Source of the DNA: an uncultured delta proteobacterium
GTDB taxonomy: Bacteria; Myxococcota_A; Polyangia; Fen-1088
Direction: 5' to 3'
Assembly: GCA_963755125.1 (NCBI GenBank)
Contig: CAVWIP010000001.1
Span: 192,001 to 256,000, forward strand
DNA: 64,000 nucleotides
The notes under the pieces are model-generated. The model saw only the letters and a program-made list of their open reading frames with translations, ran no database searches and was not told where the DNA came from. Positions 9,370-17,337 of this stretch are shown piece after piece; the stretch's first letter is position 1; each line of letters starts with the position of its first letter. A program made the translations under genes and the position numbers.

Positions 9370-10004
9370 CGAAACCGTCCACCAAATCGGGTCAACTCCA
9401 TAGTGTGTTTCATCGTTGCCGAGCCAGGCGGCGCGCTTCGCACATTCCTTGATATTCACGTCGTCGACGAATTTGGCGATGCACTGCCCGAGCAGTGCAC
9501 TCACGATCGCGTTGCGGTCATCAGGTTTCTCTCGGACGCAGAAATCCTTGATAAGGAATTCGAGCGCCTTCCGAAGGCCGATACCGGTGAGCTGGTCCAG
9601 ACCGTGACCTTGGGCCGCAATCGACTGGTCAAAAATCTCAACAAACGTCGGCGATACTTCTCGAATTTCAGCGCTGAACTCCGATTTCTTTGCGGTTTGC
9701 GGTGCCACGCTCTTCAGCTCGTACAAACCCCTTCGCGAAATATAGCTGGCAAGAAATAGATGTGAGCACGACCGACTGGTACACAGGAAGGTGGCGTCAA
9801 GACGCTGCCACCCCGTCCCCAAGTCCAGCCAGATCCCAGCTACGTACGTTGGAGAGACCCTAAGATGGCAGAGCGGGCACTTGTCAGGGAGGCGATCGAT
9901 CTTCAGGCTGAATCTTGTACTCCCACCGTCTACCGATTGGGCGCTGAGCGTGAGTGGGTCCATGGTCGTGTTGCCCCTCGGCTGTCTGGTCGCTATGGCT
10001 CTGG

Positions 10005-10490
10005 CTACTCGCCCACTTCCTTCAGCACTTCGGCGCAAAGGCGATCTGAGAGATACATTCCACCCCGGCGCAGGCGTTCGAGGGCGTCGCGGGCAGAGTC
10101 GATGAGCCGGGCGCGACGGGCTCGCAAGACGAGGCCGACGGTGCCGCGCAAGGTGATTCCCAAGGACTCCGCGCAACGTCGCCCTTCAAGGTCGTCGATG
10201 ATGGCTGGCGTTCCGGGGTGGGACAGCGCCCACGCCAACACGGACGACTCCCCAGCGCCGAGATCCCACGCCAGGACGTTGGACGGTATGGCGATGTCAT
10301 CGGCCTGCTTCATCCACGTGGCCGTCGCCACGGCGTTGGCCGTCACATCGCTTGGGCCGCGGGCCAGGATCTCACGTGCCACCGCTGCTGGTACGATGAT
10401 CGTCTGCGCCGCCTGTCGAAGCAGATCCGCCAGACCAGCGCGACTCAAGCAGATGAGCGGCGATGCGTTGACGACGGCTGTCTCAACCAT
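10005..10490 (-). CDS. DUF3368 PIN-like toxin
   Basis: VVNASPLI..LGAGESS..IIDDLEGRR..GTVGLVL..GMYLS pattern. Confidence 0.85.
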   Translation of the reverse strand: MVETAVVNASPLICLSRAGLADLLRQAAQTIIVPAAVAREILARGPSDVTANAVATATWMKQADDIAIPSNVLAWDLGAGESSVLAWALSHPGTPAIIDDLEGRRCAESLGITLRGTVGLVLRARRARLIDSARDALERLRRGGMYLSDRLCAEVLKEVGE

Positions 10491-10734
10491 CGGCCAGTTC
10501 ACGCCGGAGCGAGGTCATGTCTACCGCGAAGGCGTCCACGCCCTCGCGCGCGAGTGCCAGGATGAAATCGGTGCGGTCAAGCCCGGCCACCTGCGCCGCG
10601 CGTTCCTGGGAGATGAGGCCTCGCGAGTACCAGTGCACGGCCGCGGCAAGACGCAGGTCGCCTGCCATTTCGTCGGGTGACCGGCGAAGCGCCGAAAAGG
10701 TTTCCTCGGGAAGCTGCACTTGAACGGTGACCAT
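10483..10734 (-). CDS. UPF0175 family antitoxin
   Basis: LRLAAAVHWYSRGLISQERAAQVAGLDRTDF; overlaps the toxin start. Confidence 0.85.
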   Translation of the reverse strand: MVTVQVQLPEETFSALRRSPDEMAGDLRLAAAVHWYSRGLISQERAAQVAGLDRTDFILALAREGVDAFAVDMTSLRRELADG

Positions 10735-10796
10735 GGCCTTGTGCCAAGCGTACCACGGATGCGCGCCGGCACGTCGCCTGCCCGCGGGGTCATTTT

Positions 10797-10983
10797 CTTT
10801 GCCACCAGTTTGCCACGACACCCTACTTTTCGGCGGTTTCAGCCGGAAAGGCACGGTTCGGAATGGGTTGCCCCCACCGGGGCGAACCGTCGAAGATCCT
10901 TCAGAAAACCAGCGCAAGACCGCGTCGCGCCTAGGTTTTTCCTGAATGAGCTTCGAGCAGTTCAAGTCCCGATGGGGTCACCA
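10797..10983 (+). repeat. 187-bp direct repeat copy 2 (att-like element end)
   Basis: See copy 1; tRNA 3' core at 10960-10983. Confidence 0.95.
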
Positions 10984-11218
10984 TCTTTTGAGGCGCAGAG
11001 GCTGGGCGGCGCGATCGTGTGGGAGATCAACGAGGGCCATATTTCCACGGCGCCAGCCAGCGCAACGCAGCTTTCTGGCAAGAGATGGCGCTCGCATCGC
11101 GGACTCTGCCAAGGCATGATGCCTCCCCATTGACCTGAGGCCGCAAGTCCACTACGAAGGGTGAGGCAATTCATTCGGGCTTCCTTGACGGGGCCCCCAT
11201 CACGCGAAGGACGCGTTC

Positions 11219-12448
11219 ATGAAGACAATCACCGAATTCTCCGGGATTCTCTTGCGACAGGCGGCAGAGGCGCAGCAAGCTTTTCGGGCGGCGCATCCCC
11301 AAGCAGAGGAGCAGCCGGCCGCCGCCGCGCAGCCGGCGGCCGAGGCTGCTCCGGCCGCCGACGTGCCAGAAGAACCGGTGGCCGAGACGCCGCCTGACGC
11401 TGGCCCTGCGGCGCAAGATGCTGCATCGGCCGCGGCCGATGCAGGCGGCGAACCGGCCAGCGATCCCGTGGCTGAGCCAGCCGTCGAAGCGGCAGCGCCG
11501 GACCTTGGCACGGGGCCTGAGGCCGAGGCCGTGGCCGAAGCGATGCAGATCCGGGGCGATCGCCTTTCGCGTCTCATGGAGGCGCTCGCGGTGGTTGGCA
11601 AGCGCGCGGCCGGGGTACGGCTGGTGCGCGTCCTGTCGGGCGAGAACCCGCCTGCCAACGCCCAAAAGAAGGGCGATTTCTACTACGTGGTGGACGCCGT
11701 GCCGCGGCCTGAGTCTCGGCGCGATGTGGACTCGCGTGGTGACGAGCGGCGTGGACGGGATCGAGATGGCCGCGGCGGCGGTCGTGGTCCGGTCGGTCCT
11801 GGCGGCGGTCGTGGTCCGGTCGGTTTCGGCGGACGCGGCGGTGGGTTCAATGCCCTGGCCCGCGATGCGGATCTGCCCAGGGGCGATCTGGCCAAAGGAG
11901 GCGAAGGGTGGATGTTGACCCGCGCTCCTGACGAGCGACGGGGCGGCAATCGTGGGCCGGTTGATCCGACGCGACGGGAGCAACCCGGCCGTCCGCCGCA
12001 TGGGCCGCGCTTTGACGGCCGCGGACCCCGCCCGCCTGGTGAGCGGCCGGCCGGCGACCGGTCCCCGGGAAACCGTGCTCCGCGCGGAGATCGTCCGTCC
12101 TTTGGCGATCGGCCGCCGCGCGGAGATCGCCCGCGATTTGGAGATCGACCGCGCGCGGGGCGCGAAGGGGTTAGCACCCAGCCACCCGGGCCGGGCAGCG
12201 AGGCAACGCGGGCGGCCGGGCCAGGCAGCGACCAGCGTCCGCGGCGAAACAGCGGAGAAGACCACCGACGTGGCCAGGGTTGGTCCGGGCCGGTGCGCCG
12301 GCGGGGTGGATGGGACGAGCCGATGGTCGTTGAAGCGGGCTCTGCCCCGGACGTCGTGGCTGTTCCGCCGCAGCGTGAAGCGACACCAACGGCGCCCGAC
12401 AGCGCACCCGCGCCTGCCGTCGAGTCCGCCGAGGGCGAGAAGAAATAG
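11219..12448 (+). CDS. Hypothetical low-complexity protein (acidic Ala/Pro region, small folded core, Arg/Gly-rich RGDRP repeats)
   Basis: 409-aa ORF with coherent composition; repeated GGGRGPVG and PRGDRP units. Confidence 0.75.
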   Translation: MKTITEFSGILLRQAAEAQQAFRAAHPQAEEQPAAAAQPAAEAAPAADVPEEPVAETPPDAGPAAQDAASAAADAGGEPASDPVAEPAVEAAAPDLGTGPEAEAVAEAMQIRGDRLSRLMEALAVVGKRAAGVRLVRVLSGENPPANAQKKGDFYYVVDAVPRPESRRDVDSRGDERRGRDRDGRGGGRGPVGPGGGRGPVGFGGRGGGFNALARDADLPRGDLAKGGEGWMLTRAPDERRGGNRGPVDPTRREQPGRPPHGPRFDGRGPRPPGERPAGDRSPGNRAPRGDRPSFGDRPPRGDRPRFGDRPRAGREGVSTQPPGPGSEATRAAGPGSDQRPRRNSGEDHRRGQGWSGPVRRRGGWDEPMVVEAGSAPDVVAVPPQREATPTAPDSAPAPAVESAEGEKK

Positions 12449-12478
12449 TCATTCGCACGTCGTTCCGGTTGGTAGGCT

Positions 12479-12562
12479 AGTCGCGTGGGGAGCCCGCCGG
12501 CTTTGCCGGCGGCGGACCATCGCGGGAGGGTTTGGGAACCCTCTAAGGGTTCCCATGTCAGG
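12479..12562. repeat. Small palindromic repeat element, intergenic copy
   Basis: Ends AGTCGCGTGGGGAGCCCGCCGG and GAACCCTCTAAGGGTTCCCATGTCAGG are shared with 18934-19020. Confidence 0.75.
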
Positions 12563-13514
12563 GGTGCGCGTGTCTTCGGCCGCCAGGCGTTTTCGGGGAC
12601 GCGGGCTTCTCTTCACGCTCTGGCTCGATCGGGGAAATGGGGGGAAGGAGTGTGGGCTCGCAGGTGTAGACGATCATGGCCGTGCCATCGCCGCCCGCGA
12701 CTCGCATGACGGTCACGACCCCGGCCGGCGGCAGTTTTTCCGAGGTCGGCATGGCCTGCTCGGCCGGCATCCGCTGCGACACCATGTTCGGGATTCGGTC
12801 GGCGGGTTGCATCTCTTCCGAGGCTGACGGGGCTCGCGCGATCGGCGCGGGTTTCAACACCATGGTCGGGACTTGGACGGCTGGCGGCGGTTCGCGGCGG
12901 TTCGCGGCTGGGCCGTAGATGATGGCGATTCCAGCGCGATCATCGGCTTTCGGGGTACGAACGCCCGCTGTTCCCCCGCGAAAAGACATGAGTGAGTTGG
13001 GATCGTCGCTGTGAGCCAGCCCGAGGACATGCCCCAATTCGTGGGTGAGCACGGCCTGAAGATCAAAGCGGCCGTCTTCCACCTCGTCGGGGGCCAAGAA
13101 GGAGCGATCGCATTCGTTGATTTCCACGGTGGCGGATGCCACGATGCCCGTGCGGACATCCGCCGTGAACACCGCCTTGCCCAGGTCGTCCAACTCGCCC
13201 GTCCACCGGCCACGGCAGAATCGCACGCGCACCGCGGGATCGAGCGTGGTGACGACGCGGAATCGCACGGGTAGATCCCCAACCTCATTCCACGCATCGA
13301 CTGCGGCTTGCAGGGCCTCCCTCACCCCGTCGGAGGCGACCGTCCGACTGGGGGCACCTCGATCGAGCCCAACCGTGATGTCGTAATCGATCCAGTGCAC
13401 CAGAGCGCCGCTGCTGGTGCGGAGAAGGTCAGTTTTCGCCAAAGCCCCGGGTGCTACGCTCACGGCAAGCGTTGCAAGAATGATAGTACGCGCGGGCCGC
13501 ATGGCCATTTCCAA
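12558..13514 (-). CDS. Secreted matrixin (M10-like) metallopeptidase
   Basis: HELGHVLGLAHS zinc motif followed by Met-turn SLM; signal peptide. Confidence 0.88.
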   Translation of the reverse strand: MEMAMRPARTIILATLAVSVAPGALAKTDLLRTSSGALVHWIDYDITVGLDRGAPSRTVASDGVREALQAAVDAWNEVGDLPVRFRVVTTLDPAVRVRFCRGRWTGELDDLGKAVFTADVRTGIVASATVEINECDRSFLAPDEVEDGRFDLQAVLTHELGHVLGLAHSDDPNSLMSFRGGTAGVRTPKADDRAGIAIIYGPAANRREPPPAVQVPTMVLKPAPIARAPSASEEMQPADRIPNMVSQRMPAEQAMPTSEKLPPAGVVTVMRVAGGDGTAMIVYTCEPTLLPPISPIEPEREEKPASPKTPGGRRHAHP

Positions 13515-13616
13515 TCATCGGTTGCTCGGCGCGGATCGTTGATAATGCGTCGTGGCTTTCCGTGGGGAAGGAAAATCACGGGCATTCGTGCTACGAACAA
13601 GCCCCCGAGGAGAGGT

Positions 13617-14945
13617 ATGCAAGAGAAGAGATTGCCGGTTGCTGGCGCGTCGACCATGGTGGTGGTTGCGTCAATGACGATCGCGGCACTTGCGTTCGCT
13701 GGCCAGGCGAGCGAGGGCCAAATGGCCGCGCAAGCCATCGAGAGGGCGCTGCAGAAGCACGGGGCCGATGTGCATCGGTGTTTCGAGAGATCGCTGGCTG
13801 ACCGGCTGGATGCCGCAGGCAAGGTGGAGATCGAGGTCGAGGTGGGACCGGCCGGGCGGGTGGCTGCGGCGAGACTTCTGTCGCACGGGCAGGCCGCACC
13901 GAGTGCCTTGTCGGCATGCGTGCAGAAGGCCGCCATGGGCTGGACGGTGGATGGGATCGAGTCCGGCGCTAGGGTCGTGCTTCCGTTTTCGTTTCAGGCA
14001 CAGATGAGCCAGTTCGTGGTCAAAGCGGAGGACGTGCCCGAGCGCGCGCTTGGCGCTGCTTCGTCCGCCAAGGCGGGGCTCGGCCCCAAACGCGACGCCC
14101 CGTTCACCGTCAAGGTGCTCGCCGACGAGACCAACATGCGCGTGCAAGGCATCTCGCTCACCCAGTTGAACATCGGCCCGGCCAGCCGCGTGGCTATGCA
14201 CCGTCACCCCCGCAGCGGCAAGGTGCTGTACTTGCTCAAAGGGCACGCCCGCCTGCTGGGACCTTCCGGGGTGACACCCGTGAAGCTGGACGAGGGCATG
14301 GTGGCGTTCGTGCCCGCCGGCTATCCCCATGTGATTGAAAACATGGGCCGCCAGAGCACGGCGGTCTTTTTGCAGGCGTTCGTGCCGCCGGGGCCGGAGC
14401 GCGTGTACCGCGATCCGACCGACGCGCGCGGCCGGGCCGATTTCGAAGTCATTCGCGACTCGGCTACGGCCAGGATACCGCCCGAAGGGAACGGCAACCT
14501 GGCGGTGGTGACGGCGAGCGAGGTGGTCGCGGTGCCCACTCTCGGGGGAAAGGGCATGGGCAGGGCTCTGCTCGACGCCAAGACGACTGGGAGAGAAGGC
14601 GTGACCGTCAACCTACTGGAGTTCGCCCACGGCGCCGAGTTGCCAAGACACGATCACGGCGGCTTGACGGAAATACTGTACGTGGTGGCGGGCGGCGGCA
14701 TCCTGAGGGTTGGCAGCGAGGAGTACCCCTTTGGCAGCGAAAGCGTGCTCCATCTCCCAGCTGGCCAGCCCCACACCATCAGGTTCATCGCCGTCGAGAG
14801 GAGCGACAAGGCCGAGAAGCCCGAGAAGATCGCGGCGGTGCAGTTCCTCGCTTCGGCCCGCGCGACGGGCGGTGCCCCCGCAGCGGCCGCACCGACGAAT
14901 CCAGCGTCCAAGACGCGCTCCATGCAGACGGATTCTGTTCCATGA
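13617..14945 (+). CDS. Secreted protein: AgmX/PglI-like TonB-C domain plus two cupin domains
   Basis: RBS GAGGAGAGG before ATG; VHRCFERSL..GKVEIEVEVGPAGRV..CVQ..VVLPFSF; cupin motifs HRHP..GYPH and HDHGGLTE..GQPH. Confidence 0.75.
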   Translation: MQEKRLPVAGASTMVVVASMTIAALAFAGQASEGQMAAQAIERALQKHGADVHRCFERSLADRLDAAGKVEIEVEVGPAGRVAAARLLSHGQAAPSALSACVQKAAMGWTVDGIESGARVVLPFSFQAQMSQFVVKAEDVPERALGAASSAKAGLGPKRDAPFTVKVLADETNMRVQGISLTQLNIGPASRVAMHRHPRSGKVLYLLKGHARLLGPSGVTPVKLDEGMVAFVPAGYPHVIENMGRQSTAVFLQAFVPPGPERVYRDPTDARGRADFEVIRDSATARIPPEGNGNLAVVTASEVVAVPTLGGKGMGRALLDAKTTGREGVTVNLLEFAHGAELPRHDHGGLTEILYVVAGGGILRVGSEEYPFGSESVLHLPAGQPHTIRFIAVERSDKAEKPEKIAAVQFLASARATGGAPAAAAPTNPASKTRSMQTDSVP

Positions 14946-15037
14946 ACTTCGATCGCAGCGATGAGCAGAAGGTTTCAACCGGGGTCCAAGAAATGGCGAT
15001 GGTCCGCGAGGTTCTCAAGAACCGGATCATAGGATAG
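14942..15037 (+). pseudogene. Possible acyl-CoA dehydrogenase remnant (start fused to end)
   Basis: MNFDRSDEQK VSTGVQEMAMVREVLKNRIIG*; ATGA coupling to the upstream stop. Confidence 0.45.
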
Positions 15038-15047
15038 GCTCTGCGCC

Positions 15048-15752
15048 ATGCGCGGCATCGTCGGGCCTCTCTCGTTTGCCTGGCTTGCCGCCGTGGCGGC
15101 AGGGGGATGCAGCATGTTTGATCGGGTGGGAGGCGGACAACTGAGCTTCGCTCTGCCTCAGACGACCTTCAGCATCGACACGACTGATTCCCGCTGGTGG
15201 CCATCTCCTCCGACGGGTGTGCCGCAGGTGGTCTGTCGCGGCCCGGCCGCGCTGGTCACGGACTGTTGCCAGCCGCCCCCGCCCATGGCCGCGGTGGATT
15301 GCCAGGAATACCCGCTGAGCTGCGACGACAACAACATGTGCGCCTTGGCTTTCGACTACGACGATGCCGAGACGGTCGATTTGGGGGATGTCCCGGCGCT
15401 ACAGGCTCAGCGTCGCTCTGTACTCGCCCAGGCGACTGTCGAGCAACTCGACATCCGGGTGGAGGCAGACGACGCTGGTGCCTTGCCTCTGAGTGCCGCC
15501 AGCCTCTACGTAGCACCTTTGGGCACATCCTCGGCTAGCGGAGCTGGGGCGATCTTTTTGGCCGCCATCCCCCTGATGTCGGGGACAGTCAATCTCGGCG
15601 CACAGGCGCAGATTGCGCTCTCATCCTTTCTCATGGACTTCAACACGCCGTTCGGCCTGATCCTGTCGGCTCACGTGGTGGTGGAGAGCGGACCTGCCCC
15701 CACAGGCGCACTGACGATCGTGGTGAATGGACCAGTAAAGGCGAGTTTCTAG
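15048..15752 (+). CDS. Hypothetical Cys-rich lipoprotein
   Basis: Hydrophobic signal ending AAGGC. Confidence 0.7.
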   Translation: MRGIVGPLSFAWLAAVAAGGCSMFDRVGGGQLSFALPQTTFSIDTTDSRWWPSPPTGVPQVVCRGPAALVTDCCQPPPPMAAVDCQEYPLSCDDNNMCALAFDYDDAETVDLGDVPALQAQRRSVLAQATVEQLDIRVEADDAGALPLSAASLYVAPLGTSSASGAGAIFLAAIPLMSGTVNLGAQAQIALSSFLMDFNTPFGLILSAHVVVESGPAPTGALTIVVNGPVKASF

Positions 15753-16108
15753 ACCTTCTTCGCAGTAGTCCCGACCGCCGAGGCGATGGGCGCCGGAAAC
15801 GCCACTGCCGGCAACTCGCGGGTGGAGTGCACGACGTTGCCGATGCGGTCGCGCAGTTCCTTGCCAACCTTGAAGAACGGCAGGCGCTTCGGCTTCACCT
15901 GTACCGCCGCACCGGTCCGTGGATTGCGCCCGCTGCGGGCGTGGTAGTGCCGCATTTCGAAGCTACCGAACCCTCGGATTTCGATGCGCTCATCCCGGGC
16001 CAAGGCCTGCAGCAGACAATCGAAAATAGTGTCGAGCAACAACCCGGCACGGCCTTTGGGCAGCTTCTGCACCTGCGATAGGCGCTCGGCAAGTTCCGAT
16101 TTGGTCAT
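15749..16108 (-). CDS. ihfB: Integration host factor beta subunit
   Basis: MTKSEL..ERIEIRGFGSF..GRNPRTG..PFFKVGKELR. Confidence 0.88.
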   Translation of the reverse strand: MTKSELAERLSQVQKLPKGRAGLLLDTIFDCLLQALARDERIEIRGFGSFEMRHYHARSGRNPRTGAAVQVKPKRLPFFKVGKELRDRIGNVVHSTRELPAVAFPAPIASAVGTTAKKV

Positions 16109-16287
16109 GGCACAAGCCCCACTGCGAATCGGCCTCAATAGTATAGACGAATCGGCTCCGCAATCTTGAGCGACCCGTCGCACCAAGCTATCGGCAAGAT
16201 GGCTACGAGACTTTACCGGACCTGCCAGATACCTCGTGCCGGCCGCCCCCAGAAGACATTCAAGTGGTAGGATACCAGCCGCAGTTC

Positions 16288-16398
16288 ATGGCCATCGTCA
16301 CGCTCACTACCGACTTTGGGTCGGCCGACATCTATGCGGCCGCCATGAAAGGCGTGATTCTATCCATGGCGCCAGGCACTGTCCTGGTCGATATCCAG
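16288..16398 (+). pseudogene. 5' stub of a SAM hydroxide adenosyltransferase (DUF62, chlorinase/fluorinase family) gene
   Basis: MAIVTLTTDFGSADIYAAAMKGVILSMAPGTVLVDI then loss of similarity; in frame with the next gene. Confidence 0.75.
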
Positions 16399-16464
16399 CG
16401 ATGGCTCGGCAGCCGAGGAGACCGGGGCGCGACGGGGAACCCGCGTTTGTTTGCGGAGGGTGGG

Positions 16465-17337
16465 ATGACGGCACTCACACGCGTTGGCTTGCTGCTGATT
16501 GCGCTGATTCTCACAGGCTGCAGTGTCGGCCAAGGTACGGGGGCGGCCAGCGGGCTGCTCTTCGTGCTGGACTGCTCGAAGGCAGGCGACTACTGCGATG
16601 CCTCGGGGGTCTGCGGCACCCCGTCGGCACCGGTGGACTACAATCTGAACCCAACATTCTTTGCCGGCGAGCCCATCGACCAGCTCACCCAATTCCCGAA
16701 CGGGTCGCCGCTGAGTGGATCGGAACCACTCATGAACCGCATCACCATTCGCCTGCAACGCTCGGGCAAGCAGATTGAGAGCAACGACGCGCTTTTCTTC
16801 GACGTGGTGAATGAGTATGAAGTGGCTCGCTGCGTGCGAGGTCGCGAGATCGCGGTCGCCGGCCAGCCCAACCAGCACGACTACGACGACCGCTATTGCT
16901 TCCGTGCTTCAACCACCGGGCCGGCGCGCGTGCGCATTTCCGTGGTGGGTGGCATCGTCCACTCGACGCTGAGCCCGCGCATGACCTGCACCCGTCCGGT
17001 GGACGCGACCGCCGACGATGTGTTTTCCGACGATGGCGTGGTGCAGACCGTGGCTGGCGGAGCTTGGGAGTCGTGGGTCGAATTCGCGGATTTCGGCTCG
17101 GCGGCACAGAACGATCAGTTGGACCCCACCGCCCGCACGCCGGTCAGCCTCACGTTCAAGATCGAGCTTGAAGACCGGTTGCACGCCTCGGCGTTCTCGC
17201 TGACCCTGCAGGACGAAAAGGTGGTGACTGCAGAAGAGGATCTGGAGCCACCGCCCAACCCCGACATAGGGGGCTCGCTCACCGGGTGGTTTGATTTCGA
17301 CCTCCAGCGAGGGCAGGGCGCGCAGATGTTTCCCTGA
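16465..17337 (+). CDS. Hypothetical lipoprotein
   Basis: Own GGAGG RBS; signal MTALTRVGLLLIALILTGC (lipobox LTGC). Confidence 0.75.
   Translation: MTALTRVGLLLIALILTGCSVGQGTGAASGLLFVLDCSKAGDYCDASGVCGTPSAPVDYNLNPTFFAGEPIDQLTQFPNGSPLSGSEPLMNRITIRLQRSGKQIESNDALFFDVVNEYEVARCVRGREIAVAGQPNQHDYDDRYCFRASTTGPARVRISVVGGIVHSTLSPRMTCTRPVDATADDVFSDDGVVQTVAGGAWESWVEFADFGSAAQNDQLDPTARTPVSLTFKIELEDRLHASAFSLTLQDEKVVTAEEDLEPPPNPDIGGSLTGWFDFDLQRGQGAQMFP

Larger units (their letters stand above)
8121..9400 (+). mobile_element. Complete IS3-family insertion sequence (1280 bp)
   Basis: TG...CA ends; 24-bp terminal inverted repeats match 22/24; 3-bp target duplication TAG (8118-8120 and 9401-9403). Confidence 0.95.
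7997..9963 (-). pseudogene. DUF4145 (HEPN-like) protein with N-terminal Zn-ribbon, interrupted by IS3
   Basis: CPLC..CTSRSC, GLRKALEFLIKDF..AAWLGNDETH; removing the IS and one TAG restores HYERRWVDKDITDLKRLITLSANWIENALLTRKYVAEMPPK*. Confidence 0.85.
929..10983. mobile_element. 10-kb integrase-less genomic island/cassette bounded by tRNA-3'-fragment repeats
   Basis: Flanked by identical 24-bp tRNA 3' cores; cargo is Fic, R-M, DUF2806, DUF4145, IS3 and TA genes; no recombinase ORF found other than the IS3 transposase. Confidence 0.7.
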
